Shown: one piece after another, positions 1 to 9,185 of the stretch | Numbering within the stretch: position 1 is the first letter of the stretch | Layout: each line of letters opens with the position of its first letter | The notes under the pieces: generated by a model | What the model was told of the DNA's origin: nothing | The model's input: only the letters and a program-made list of their open reading frames with translations | The model's database searches: none | Position numbers and translations under genes: made by a program | Assembly (NCBI GenBank): GCA_050257045.1 | Contig: JBLMWD010000093.1 | Coordinates: 21,242 to 85,241, forward strand | Source: Bacteroidota bacterium | GTDB taxonomy: Bacteria; Eisenbacteria; RBG-16-71-46; SZUA-252 | DNA length: 64,000 bases | Direction: 5' to 3'

Positions 1-1404
1 CCGGAGCGTCTCCCAGACGAGGCGCGCCTTCGCGGGCATGATCGGAAAGAGGAGGAAGGCCGTGTGCTCGAGCGCGACCGCGAGCGCTCCGAGGAGACGG
101 TCGAGCTCCCCGGCGCGCGCGGGATCCTTGGCGAGATTCCACGGGGCGCGCTCCTCCACGAGCCGGTTCGCGCGGCGGATGATCGTCCACGCGGCCTCGA
201 TCGCGGCCTCGATGGCGAAGCCTTCGAACGCGGCGTGCCAGTCGCGGAACGCCTGGGCGATCAGCTCGTCGAGGCCGTCCGTGGCTTCAGCGCGGGCGAG
301 GACGCCGCCGCGATAGCGGTGGATCATCGAGATCGCGCGCGTGAAGAGGTTCCCCCAGTCGTTCGCGAGGTCGGCGTTGTAGCGCTCGATGAAGAGCTCC
401 CACGTGAAGTCCCCGTCGCGCGAGAGCGGCACCTCCTTCAGGAGGTAGTAGCGGAGCGGGTCGGCGCCGTATTTGTCCGCGACCTCGAGCGGATTCACGA
501 TGTTCCCGAGCGACTTCGAGAGCTTCTGCCCCTGGAACTTCACGAAGCCGTGCCCCAGCACGGTCTTCGGCAGCGGCACGCCGGCGCTCATCAGCATCGC
601 GGGCCAGATGATGCAGTGGAAGCGCGTGATGTCCTTGCCCACCATGTGCACGTCGGCCGGCCAGTAGCGCGTGAATTCGCCGTTTTGATCCGGATAGCCC
701 ACGCCGGTCACGTAGTTGATGAGCGCGTCGAACCAGACGTAGACCATCTGGGTGGGATCGTTCGGGAAGGGCACTCCCCACGTCGTGGACGAGCGCGAGA
801 CGGAGATGTCCTCGAGCCCACCCTCGATCACGTTCACGATCTCGTTCTTGCGGATCTCGGGAATGATGAACTCCGGATGGGTGCGGATGTGCGCGAGCAG
901 GCGCGGCGCGTAGGACGAGAGCTTGAAGAACCAGTTCTCCTCGCTCAGCCACTGCGGCACCGTCCCGTGCGTGGGGCACTTGCCGTCGGCCAGGTCCTTC
1001 TCCGGGTAGAAGCGCTCGCACGAGACGCAGTAAAAGCCCTCGTACTTGCCCTTGAACAGGTCGCCGCGCTCCGTGATGCGCGCGAGCATCGCCTGCACCC
1101 CGCGCACGTGGCGCGGCTCGGTCGTGCGGATGAAGTCGTCGTAGGAGATGTCGAGCCGCCGCCACACCCCCTTGAAGACCTCCGCCATCTCGTCGCAATA
1201 GGCGCGCGGGTCGAGGCCCCGCTCGCGCGCGGCCTTCTCCACGTTGGCGGAGTGCTCGTCGTTCCCCATGAGGAAGTGGGTGTCGAATCCGGCGAGCCGC
1301 TTGTAGCGGGCGATCGCGTCGGCCGCGACCTTCTCGTACGCCGTCCCGATGTGGGGGACGTTGTTCACGTAATCGATGGCGGTGGTGAGGTAGTACTTGG
1401 CCAT
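1..1404 (-). CDS. metG: Methionyl-tRNA synthetase, N-terminal part (C-terminus cut by the window edge)
   Basis: Reverse translation from the ATG at 1404..1402 reads MAKYYLTTAIDYVNNVPHIGTAYEKVAADAIARYKRLAGFD... and later KLSKSLGN (KMSKS motif), both typical of class I MetRS. The frame is absent from the ORF track because it is truncated by the window edge. Confidence 0.85.
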   Translation of the reverse strand, partial: MAKYYLTTAIDYVNNVPHIGTAYEKVAADAIARYKRLAGFDTHFLMGNDEHSANVEKAARERGLDPRAYCDEMAEVFKGVWRRLDISYDDFIRTTEPRHVRGVQAMLARITERGDLFKGKYEGFYCVSCERFYPEKDLADGKCPTHGTVPQWLSEENWFFKLSSYAPRLLAHIRTHPEFIIPEIRKNEIVNVIEGGLEDISVSRSSTTWGVPFPNDPTQMVYVWFDALINYVTGVGYPDQNGEFTRYWPADVHMVGKDITRFHCIIWPAMLMSAGVPLPKTVLGHGFVKFQGQKLSKSLGNIVNPLEVADKYGADPLRYYLLKEVPLSRDGDFTWELFIERYNADLANDWGNLFTRAISMIHRYRGGVLARAEATDGLDELIAQAFRDWHAAFEGFAIEAAIEAAWTIIRRANRLVEERAPWNLAKDPARAGELDRLLGALAVALEHTAFLLFPIMPAKARLVWETLR

Positions 1405-2705
1405 CAGCTCTCTGTCCGCTCGGGATCGGACGGATCCGGCCCGGGACGATCCGATCCGGGGCGTTCCGATCCAGGGCGCTCCGGAGCGCCGGGGGATCCT
1501 GGCCGCTCGCGGCGCTCGGGGCCGCGGCGATCGTTCCCACGCCGGGGACCGCGGCCGTAACGCGGACCGGCCGGCCCCTGGCCGTTCGGTCGCGGACCGC
1601 CGGGACCCGCGGACCCGCCGTACGGGCCGCCCTGCCCGCCCTGCGTTCCAGGGCCTCCCGGCTCACGACGCCCGCCCGCGTCGCGCCGGCCCTCGGGCCT
1701 GCGATGCCCGCCGGAGCCTCCGCCGGCTTCGCGCGGCGGGTTCTCGTCGGCGTCGCCCACGCTGTCGCCGTCCCCGGGGCTCAGGCCGCGCGCTCCGCAC
1801 CGCGTCTTGTCGCACCCCTTCCGCCGGTCGCGCGTCGGGCCGACGATCTTCGTTCCTTTCGGGATGTCCCCGAGGAGAACGACCGTCTCCTTGCCGCCGT
1901 CGTCGCGCAGATGGAGCGTGCGATGGAAGATGTCGACGCGGCCGACCTCCCACTCGCCGTCGGCGAGCGTGAGGCGGCTTCCGATCTTGGGGAATTCGCG
2001 CGCCGACTCCTTGTAGAAGTCGAGCTCGTACCGGAGGCAGCACTTGAGCCGCCCGCACGCGCCCGAGATCTTGGAGGGGCTCGGGGAGAGCCCCTGGTCC
2101 TTCGCCATCTTGAGCGTGATCGGCTCGAACTCGCGGAGCCACGTGGCGCAGCAGAGCTCGCGCCCGCACGTGCCGACGCCGCCGATCCGCCCCGACTCGT
2201 CGCGCACGCCGATCTGGCGGAGCTCGATCCGGGTCCGGAAGATGGAGGCGAGGTCCTTCACCAGCTCGCGGAAGTCGACCCGCTTCTCCGCCGTGAAGTA
2301 GAACGTGACGCGGTTTCCGTCGAGCTGGAACTCGCAGTCGACGAGCTTCATCTCGAGGTCGCGCTGCGCGACGCGGTCGCGGCACTGGACGAAGGCCCGC
2401 TCCTCGCGCGCGCGGTTCTGCGAGAGGCGCTGCAGGTCCTCCGGTCGCGCCGGACGCAGCACGTTCCTGAGCCCGTCGGAGCTCACCGCGGACGCGACCC
2501 ACTCGCTGGAGTGGTGCACCCGGCCGAGGTCCTCGCCGCGCTCGGCCTGCACGATCACGTAGTCCCCTTCACGCAGCGGAAACTGGGAGCCGTTGGCGTA
2601 GTACTCGCGCCGGCGCCCCTTGAAGACGATCTCCACGACGGGCACCGCCGGCGCGGGCGGCGCCGCGGGCGGGGCGGGAGTCAGAACGGTCTCGGTCGGT
2701 TCCAT
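1404..2705 (-). CDS. PSP1 C-terminal domain protein (YaaT/RicT-like) with a Gly/Arg/Pro-rich low-complexity C-terminal tail
   Basis: Track ORF of 433 aa. It contains the Cys-rich PSP1-like core GTCGRELCCATWL...GACGRLKCCLRYE. Its TGA stop overlaps the metG ATG by 1 nt (TGATG). The yaaT-holB-metG neighbourhood matches the B. subtilis gene order. Confidence 0.75.
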   Translation of the reverse strand: MEPTETVLTPAPPAAPPAPAVPVVEIVFKGRRREYYANGSQFPLREGDYVIVQAERGEDLGRVHHSSEWVASAVSSDGLRNVLRPARPEDLQRLSQNRAREERAFVQCRDRVAQRDLEMKLVDCEFQLDGNRVTFYFTAEKRVDFRELVKDLASIFRTRIELRQIGVRDESGRIGGVGTCGRELCCATWLREFEPITLKMAKDQGLSPSPSKISGACGRLKCCLRYELDFYKESAREFPKIGSRLTLADGEWEVGRVDIFHRTLHLRDDGGKETVVLLGDIPKGTKIVGPTRDRRKGCDKTRCGARGLSPGDGDSVGDADENPPREAGGGSGGHRRPEGRRDAGGRREPGGPGTQGGQGGPYGGSAGPGGPRPNGQGPAGPRYGRGPRRGNDRRGPERRERPGSPGAPERPGSERPGSDRPGPDPSDPERTES

Positions 2706-2743
2706 GTAGGTTCACGCCCGCCGGAGCGGGCCCTCGGTCGGGG

Positions 2744-3895
2744 TCATCCGCGCGCGAAGAGGCCCATCCGGTGCTGGGCCGACGCGACGGCGTAGGCGGC
2801 GGTCACGTTCGAGGTCACCGCCGCGGCGATCTCCTCGAGAATGCGCACCCGCATCGTCAGAGTTTCGATCGGGAGCGCCTTCGCGTCGGCCGCGATCGCG
2901 CGCTCCAGGTCGTGGTTCGCCGCCCTCGCGTCGGGCCCCTTCACGCGGGCCCGGATCACGTCGCGGTAGTAGTGCGTCGCGAGCGCCACGGCGGAGAGGA
3001 AGCGCCCGCGGTCGCGCTCGAGACGCGCACGCCGGAGCGGCCCCAGCACGGCGCTCGTCTTCGGATGGACGAAGAGCTCGATGGCCGCGTCGCGCAGCCG
3101 CGCGAAGTCGGCCTCGTCGGGCTTTTCCTTCGCGGGCGCGTCCAGGCACGGCACGAACGGCGCCACCGCGCGGGCGAGGCTCCCCTGCGCGGTCGCGGCG
3201 GCGAGCCGTGCGACGGGGCGCGAGATGCCGTAGCCCTCCGTGAGCGCCTCCGCGATCGTGTCCGCCGGAAGCGGACGGAACCGGACCGGGAGGCACCGCG
3301 AGGCAATGGTCGGAAGAAGCGCGCGGCGCTGGCGCGCGCCGAGTACGAGGAGCCGGTTCGGCAGCGGCTCCTCGAGGATCTTCAGGAACGCGTGCGCGGC
3401 CGGGCCGGTCATCGCCTCGGCCCCCTTCACGACGAGGACCTTCCAGCCTCCCTCGCGCTGCGCGGTCAAGGAGAGGAATTCCTTCGCGCGGGCGAGGTCC
3501 TCGACCGAGTGGACCACGGGGCGGGAGAAGACCGGCGCGAACCAGGGTTCGCGGGCATAGCGCTCGCGCACGCGGGCGCGCGCCTCGGCGCGGGCCTCCT
3601 CGGCCTGCCGCTCGGTGCGTCCCTCGGTCCGGAACGTGGGGAGCGGCACGAGCAGCTCGAGGTCGGGATGGCGGAGCGCCAGGGCCGCCGCGCAAGAGGG
3701 GCAATCGTCGCAGGGCGAGCCGTCGTCGCGCGGGTGCTCGCAGAGGACGGCTCGCGCGAACCAGAGCGCCGCGCGCGTCTTCCCCACCCCCGCCGGCCCG
3801 TGGAACAGGTAGGCGTGGCCGACATGGCCGGTCTTCAAAGCGGCCCGAATCAGGGCGAGGGCCTCGTCCTGGCCGCGAAGGGTATCGTCGCTCAT
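2744..3895 (-). CDS. holB: DNA polymerase III delta-prime subunit
   Basis: Track ORF of 383 aa with a Walker A motif FHGPAGVGKT and clamp-loader AAA+ features. It has a zinc-finger-like CDDCPSC. The ATG is at 3895. Confidence 0.8.
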   Translation of the reverse strand: MSDDTLRGQDEALALIRAALKTGHVGHAYLFHGPAGVGKTRAALWFARAVLCEHPRDDGSPCDDCPSCAAALALRHPDLELLVPLPTFRTEGRTERQAEEARAEARARVRERYAREPWFAPVFSRPVVHSVEDLARAKEFLSLTAQREGGWKVLVVKGAEAMTGPAAHAFLKILEEPLPNRLLVLGARQRRALLPTIASRCLPVRFRPLPADTIAEALTEGYGISRPVARLAAATAQGSLARAVAPFVPCLDAPAKEKPDEADFARLRDAAIELFVHPKTSAVLGPLRRARLERDRGRFLSAVALATHYYRDVIRARVKGPDARAANHDLERAIAADAKALPIETLTMRVRILEEIAAAVTSNVTAAYAVASAQHRMGLFARG

Positions 3896-3908
3896 TGGGT
3901 CGAACGGC

Positions 3909-5192
3909 CTATCGGAGCCACTCGAGGGGGTTCAGCGCCTGCTTGCCCCGGCGAATCTCGAAGTGGAGCGCCGTTCCGATCGTGGAGCCGGTGTCGCCGA
4001 CACGGCCGATGACCTCGCCGGCCGCAACGTCCTTGCCGACCGGCACGCTGATCTCGGAGGCGTGCGCGTACAGCGTGTAGAACCCGCCTCCGTGGTTGAG
4101 GATAGCACACTTGCCGAAGCCCTCGAGCCAGTTGACGTAGTCGACCCGCCCCTTGGCCACGGCCGCGATCGGGGCCCCGAAGGGGGCGGAGATGTCGACG
4201 CCGCTGTTGAACGTGGTGGTCCCGAAGCGAGGGTTGGTGATGTTGCCGAACCCGACCGCCACCTTTCCGGTCACCGGCCAGGGGAGGCGCCCCTTGTTCA
4301 GCGCGAAGTTGCCGAAGAGGACGGGCGGGAGCCCGGGCGCGCCCTTTTCGGCGGCGAGGCGCCGCTTCTCCAACTCCTCGATCAGCCCCTGGATCCGCTT
4401 GCTCGCGCGCTGGAGCTCGGCCTGGGCCTGCTCGTTGGACCGGGTGTCGGAGCGCACCTGGCGGAGGAGGCTGCGGCGCTGGTCCTTGAGCTGGGCGAGG
4501 GCGATCTTCTCGCGCGTGGTCTCGGCCGCGATGCGGTCGAGCTCCCGCTTCCGCGACTCGAGTCGGGTCTTGGTGTCCTGCACCTCGACCCGGCGCGCCT
4601 GGGTCACGAGCATCTGCTCGTGGTCCTCCCGCGCGACCCGCGCGAGATAGTACGTGCGCGTCACGAGGTCGCCGAAGCTCCGCGCGGAGAGGATGTACTC
4701 GATGTCGCGGCTCCGGCCGCGCTTGTAGATCTCCCGGAGCCGCCACGCGAGGCGCCTCCGGTCCGACTCGAGCTGCACGACGGTCCGCCCGAGCTCGGAT
4801 GTGGTCTCGCCGAGATCTCCCGCGACGGCGCGCTGCCGCCGCTCGAGCGCGGTCAGGTAGCGCGCCGTGAGCTGGAGGTTCTTCTCCGTGTCGCGCAGGT
4901 CGCCGAGGATGTTCCGCTCGCGCCCGCGGAGCTGCTTCGAGAGCTGGCGCCGCTGATCGATCTGCTGCCGGAGCGACTCGAGCTCCTTCTTCTGCGCCTC
5001 GATCTCGGCGCCCGAATTGTCCGCGGCGCTGTCGGCGGCCGCCGTCGCGGGAGGGGGCGCGGCTGGTTTGCCGGGCGCGGCCTTTGCCGGCGCCGGAGCC
5101 GCGGCGACCCGGGCGGGCGCCTGCGCGCGCGCCGCCCCGGGCGCTCCCGCGAGCGCGAGGAACAGCGCTACGACCGCGGCTAGAGGAGCCAT
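3909..5192 (-). CDS. Peptidase M23 family murein hydrolase activator (EnvC-like) with an N-terminal signal peptide and coiled-coil region
   Basis: This is the C-terminal 427 aa of the 617-aa track ORF. The start is taken at ATG 5192 (MAPLAAVVALFLALAGAPGAARA signal peptide, SD GAGGAA upstream). The long coiled-coil and the C-terminal M23/LytM domain (HFEIRRGKQALNPLEWL) fit EnvC. It sits downstream of ftsE-ftsX. Confidence 0.75.
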   Translation of the reverse strand: MAPLAAVVALFLALAGAPGAARAQAPARVAAAPAPAKAAPGKPAAPPPATAAADSAADNSGAEIEAQKKELESLRQQIDQRRQLSKQLRGRERNILGDLRDTEKNLQLTARYLTALERRQRAVAGDLGETTSELGRTVVQLESDRRRLAWRLREIYKRGRSRDIEYILSARSFGDLVTRTYYLARVAREDHEQMLVTQARRVEVQDTKTRLESRKRELDRIAAETTREKIALAQLKDQRRSLLRQVRSDTRSNEQAQAELQRASKRIQGLIEELEKRRLAAEKGAPGLPPVLFGNFALNKGRLPWPVTGKVAVGFGNITNPRFGTTTFNSGVDISAPFGAPIAAVAKGRVDYVNWLEGFGKCAILNHGGGFYTLYAHASEISVPVGKDVAAGEVIGRVGDTGSTIGTALHFEIRRGKQALNPLEWLR

Positions 5193-6052
5193 TTCCTCGG
5201 AAGGGTCACGACCGCGATCCAGCTCCCGAGGAGTCCCAAGAGCCCGCTCACCCCGACGAAGAGCGCCAGCGTCGAGTTCGGGAGGAATTGCAGCCGGAAG
5301 AGCCCCTCGGCGAGCGAGTCGTTGAGGAATCGCGCGACGAGGATCGTGAGGACGGAGGAGAGCGCCGCGAGGACGAATCCCTCGAGGAGATAGGGCGCCT
5401 CGTTGAAGAGGAAGCCGCCCCCCAGCGAGCGGACGAGGTGGATCGAGTCGAGCCTCGCCTGGACCGAGAGCCGCGTGGTCGCGCCGACGACGAAGAGGAC
5501 GCCGAGCACGACGATGATGCCGATGATGGCGCCGATCTGCTTCAGTGTCGCCACGACCTGCTGGGCGCGGAGCACCCATTCGCCGGCGTAGCGGACGTCC
5601 TCGACGTGAGCCACGGTCTCGGCCTGCCGCGCGATCATCCGGACCCCTTCGGCGCTCCGGTATCCCGGGCCGGGGCGGAGCACGAACGAAGCGGGGAGCG
5701 GGTTCGATCCGACCGCCTGGATCAGCGCCTCGTCGGCGACGTCCTCCCGGAAGGCGTTCCACGCCTCCTCCTTGCTCACGTACCGGATCGTGCCGACGCC
5801 CGGGATCGCCTGGAGCGAGGCCTGCACCGAGTCGAGGTCGGAGCGCGCGAGGCCCTCGTTCAGGAAGACCGAGATCTCCTCGCGCGACTCGAGCTGGTCG
5901 GTGTAGACCGCCACGCTCTGGATGACCATGAGGAAGAAGAGGAGGACGAGGAGGATCGAGGCCATCGAGAGGATGCTCGTGAGACAGAGCGTGCGGTGCT
6001 GGATGAGCGCGCGCCAGAGCTCGCGGCCGACGTAGCGGGTCCGGTTGATCAC
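5180..6052 (-). CDS. ftsX: Cell division permease FtsX
   Basis: 290 aa from GTG 6052..6050 (VINRTRYVGRELWRALIQHRT...) with four predicted TM segments and a large periplasmic loop. The GTG overlaps the ftsE stop as GTGA. The N-terminal part of the 494-aa track ORF is out-of-frame read-through of ftsE. Confidence 0.8.
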   Translation of the reverse strand: MINRTRYVGRELWRALIQHRTLCLTSILSMASILLVLLFFLMVIQSVAVYTDQLESREEISVFLNEGLARSDLDSVQASLQAIPGVGTIRYVSKEEAWNAFREDVADEALIQAVGSNPLPASFVLRPGPGYRSAEGVRMIARQAETVAHVEDVRYAGEWVLRAQQVVATLKQIGAIIGIIVVLGVLFVVGATTRLSVQARLDSIHLVRSLGGGFLFNEAPYLLEGFVLAALSSVLTILVARFLNDSLAEGLFRLQFLPNSTLALFVGVSGLLGLLGSWIAVVTLPRKWLL

Positions 6053-6753
6053 TGGGGCAGGCTCTCCGTCACGACCTCTCCTTCCGAGGCGTCCGAGCGG
6101 ACGATCCCGCGCTCGAGCCGGATCGCCCGGCCCGGGTGGCGGCGCACCCAGTCCTCGGCGTGCGTCGCCACGAGGACGAGCGCGCCGCGCGTGGCGATCT
6201 CGCGGAGCAGCGTGAAGATCTGCCCCGCCGCCGCCGCGTCGAGATTTCCGGTCGGCTCGTCCGCGATCAGGATGCGTGGGTGGCGCGCCATGGCGCGCGC
6301 GAGCGCCACGCGCTGCTTTTCGCCGGCCGAGAGGTCGTTCGGCCGGAGCGTCTCCTTGCCGCGGATCCCCATCTGATCGAGGAGCGGGTTCACCCGCTCG
6401 CGGATCTCCGAACGGTTCCAGAGCCCCGAGATCTGGCAGGCGAGGGCGATGTTCTCGTAGACCGTCCGGTCGGCGAGGAGGCGGAACTCCTGGCCGAGGA
6501 CGCCGACCAGCTTGCGCATCTTCCGGCTCGAGACGCGCCGTGTCCGCCCGGGCACGTCGCCCGGATCGACCTCCACGCGCCCGCTCGAGGGCTTCTCGGC
6601 CATGGCGAGCACGCGGAGGAGCGTCGATTTCCCCGCGCCGCTCGGGCCGAGGACGAAGATCCACTCACCGGGCTCGAACGAGAGCGTCACGTCGCTCAGC
6701 GCGATGCGGTCGCCGTAGGTCTTGGAGACGTGGTCGAGGCGGATCAGCGGCAT
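6049..6753 (-). CDS. ftsE: Cell division ATP-binding protein FtsE
   Basis: Track ORF of 234 aa with Walker A GPSGAGKST, ABC signature LSAGEKQR and Walker B ILIADEP. Confidence 0.9.
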   Translation of the reverse strand: MPLIRLDHVSKTYGDRIALSDVTLSFEPGEWIFVLGPSGAGKSTLLRVLAMAEKPSSGRVEVDPGDVPGRTRRVSSRKMRKLVGVLGQEFRLLADRTVYENIALACQISGLWNRSEIRERVNPLLDQMGIRGKETLRPNDLSAGEKQRVALARAMARHPRILIADEPTGNLDAAAAGQIFTLLREIATRGALVLVATHAEDWVRRHPGRAIRLERGIVRSDASEGEVVTESLPQ

Positions 6754-6793
6754 GGCGCCTCCGTGGCCCCGCCTCTTCGACGGTCGCGCCGGC

Positions 6794-7840
6794 TCACGGC
6801 CAGCTCCATTCGAGCCGGCGGCGTCCCGCGCGCTGCGCGAGGTCGGCGCCGACCCGGACGGCGGTCACGAGCCCGGCCGGATCGGGGGCGCGGGCACCGC
6901 CGCGCCACGCCCGGTCGAACGCGGTGCCGTGGTCGACACTGCTCCGGATGAAGGGGAGCCCCAGGGTGACGTTCGCGGCCCCGCCAATCCCCTCGCTCTT
7001 CGCCGCGATGAGCCCCTGGTCATGGTACATCGCGATCACGACGCCGAGGCTCTCGCGGCCGCCGTGCTGCGCGAAGAAGGTGTCGGCCGGGTACGGTCCC
7101 TCCGCCTCGATCCCGCTCGCCCGCGCCGCCGCGATGGCGGGGCGGATGACCCGGTCCTCCTCGTCGCCGAAGAGCCCCCCTTCGCCCGCGTGCGGGTTCA
7201 GCCCCAGCACCGATACGGATCGTCCCCGGCCCCAGCGGAAATTGCGGAGCGCGGCCGCGGCGAACTCGATCGTTCGCCGGAGCGGCTCCACGGCGAGCGC
7301 GTCGGGTACGGACCGGAGCGGCATGTGGACGGTGGCGAGGAGGATCCGGAAGCGGCCGCCGACGAAGAGCATCTTCGTCTCGGGGACGCCGGCGAGGGCG
7401 CCGAGGAACTCGGTGTGCCCGGGATAGGGATAGCCCGCGGCCATGAGGGCCGACTTCGAGATCGGCGCCGTCACGATGCCGTCGGCGCGGCCGGCGAGGG
7501 CGAGCCCGGCGGCGGTCTCGATCGCGCGCGCGGCCGCGCGGCCCGAGGCGGCCGTGGGGACGCGCGGCTCGACCGCAGCGAAGCCCTCCGCGCTCGATTC
7601 GATGAGGGGAATGCCCGCCGCGTCGTCGGCGGGGTCGAAGCGCTCGGCCGGGACCGGGCGGAAACGGACGCGCGCCGCCGATTTTCGGACGGCGCGCTCG
7701 AGAACGTCGCGGTCGCCGACGACCGCGAGGCGCGCGGTCCGGCGAAGCGCCTTGAGGGCGAGCGAGCGCACGACGATCTCGGGGCCGATCCCCGCGGGAT
7801 CGCCCATGGTCACGAGCAGCGTGACGCGCCGCGCCGACAC
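6794..7840 (-). CDS. pdxA: 4-hydroxythreonine-4-phosphate dehydrogenase
   Basis: Track ORF of 348 aa with PdxA family motifs (MGDPAGIGPEI, GLNPHAGEGG, HGTAFD). It sits downstream of surA as in the surA-pdxA arrangement. Confidence 0.85.
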   Translation of the reverse strand: MSARRVTLLVTMGDPAGIGPEIVVRSLALKALRRTARLAVVGDRDVLERAVRKSAARVRFRPVPAERFDPADDAAGIPLIESSAEGFAAVEPRVPTAASGRAAARAIETAAGLALAGRADGIVTAPISKSALMAAGYPYPGHTEFLGALAGVPETKMLFVGGRFRILLATVHMPLRSVPDALAVEPLRRTIEFAAAALRNFRWGRGRSVSVLGLNPHAGEGGLFGDEEDRVIRPAIAAARASGIEAEGPYPADTFFAQHGGRESLGVVIAMYHDQGLIAAKSEGIGGAANVTLGLPFIRSSVDHGTAFDRAWRGGARAPDPAGLVTAVRVGADLAQRAGRRRLEWSWP

Positions 7841-7862
7841 CTCCCTGTGTCCCCTCCCGGTC

Positions 7863-9185
7863 CTACTCCTTCAGCTCGACGTTGACGTTCTTCTTGATCC
7901 GATCGTACCAGCGCTTGTACGCGTCTTCGAGCTTCCGGTTCAATACGACCTTCTTCAGGTCGTCCTTGATGTCGTCGAACTTGTAGTCCTGCTCGGGACT
8001 GCGGCCCAGCACCTTGAAGATGTGGTAGCCGGCGTCGCGCTTGAACGGCGTCGAGATCTCCCCTTCGCGCAGGCTGGTGAGCACTTCCTTCATGTTGGGC
8101 GGCAGGCTGGGCACCGGGACCTCGCCGAGGTAGCCGGACGAGTCCTTGGTCGCGGCGTCGCCCGAGTACTTCCGCGCCATCGCTCCGAAATCGGCGCCGT
8201 GGAGCAGCGAGTCGCGGACCGCGATCGCCTTCACCCGGGCGCGCTCCTCGTCGGCCGGCGAGGGCTTCGTCGCGATCATGATGTGCCGCGCGTGGACGCG
8301 CTCCTCGGTGCTGTCGGTCTTCGCGAAGTGCTCGAGCACCTGGATCACGTGGAAGCCGAACCGGGTGCGAACCGGCGGCGAGATCTCCATCGGCTTGAGC
8401 CGGAACGCCACCTCCTCGAACTCGGGCACCATGTCGCCGCGGCCGAACGTGCCGAGGTCGCCGCCGCGCTGTCCGCTCGGATCATCCGAGAGGCGCGCGG
8501 CCATCTCGGCGAACTGGGCCTCCTTCCCCGGCTTCACGAGCACGGCGTGGATGCTGTCCGCGCGCACGCGGGCGCGGCGCACCTGCTGCGAGTCGGGCTC
8601 GAAGGCGATCAGGATGTGGGCGAGCTTCAACGCCTCGGGGCGCTTGGCGATCGAGTCGCGGTTCGCCGTGTAGTAGGCGCGCACGTCGGCATCCGTGACG
8701 GTCACCTTGTTCTGCACCTCGCGCCCGACCGTGCGCATGACGAGAAGCTGGTCCTTCACGTCGGGCCGGTACTTCGCGCGGAGCGCCGCCTCGGTCATCT
8801 TCTGCTGCGCGAGGGCCGTCTTGAACGCGTCGTCGCCGCCGAGGCGCTGCTTCAACTGATCGATCTCCTGGTCGACGGCGTCGTTCACGTCCTTCGGCGG
8901 AACCGTGATCCCGAGGCGCGTCGCCTCGGCCAGGATCACCTGCTTCTCCACGAGCTGGTCGAGGACCTCCTTCCGGAGCTTCTTCATCGAGACGGTGTCG
9001 TCCGGATCGACGTTGAAGCGCGCGGCCGCCTGCTGGGTCTGCTCGTCCACGTCGGAGGAGAGGATCACCGACTTGTTCACGATCGCCGCGATGCGCTCGG
9101 CGGCGCCGGTCGAGCCGGGAGCGCCCCACACGAGAATCCCCGTCGCGAGCGCGGCGAGCAGCGGCGCGAGCGCACGCCGGGTCAT
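7863..9185 (-). CDS. surA: Periplasmic chaperone/peptidyl-prolyl isomerase SurA-like (two parvulin domains)
   Basis: This is the C-terminal 440 aa of the track ORF. The start is ATG 9185 (MTRRALAPLLAALATGILVWGA signal peptide). It contains two PpiC-type rotamase domains (HILIAF..., HIMIATK...). The ATG overlaps the upstream gene stop as ATGA. Confidence 0.8.
   Translation of the reverse strand: MTRRALAPLLAALATGILVWGAPGSTGAAERIAAIVNKSVILSSDVDEQTQQAAARFNVDPDDTVSMKKLRKEVLDQLVEKQVILAEATRLGITVPPKDVNDAVDQEIDQLKQRLGGDDAFKTALAQQKMTEAALRAKYRPDVKDQLLVMRTVGREVQNKVTVTDADVRAYYTANRDSIAKRPEALKLAHILIAFEPDSQQVRRARVRADSIHAVLVKPGKEAQFAEMAARLSDDPSGQRGGDLGTFGRGDMVPEFEEVAFRLKPMEISPPVRTRFGFHVIQVLEHFAKTDSTEERVHARHIMIATKPSPADEERARVKAIAVRDSLLHGADFGAMARKYSGDAATKDSSGYLGEVPVPSLPPNMKEVLTSLREGEISTPFKRDAGYHIFKVLGRSPEQDYKFDDIKDDLKKVVLNRKLEDAYKRWYDRIKKNVNVELKE

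Noticed and set aside
64-1666. Long ORFs 64..1560 (+) and 287..1666 (-) overlapping metG
   Set aside because: These are alternative-frame shadow ORFs typical of 70% GC DNA. The MetRS frame is clearly recognisable and the others are Arg/Ala/Pro-rich junk.
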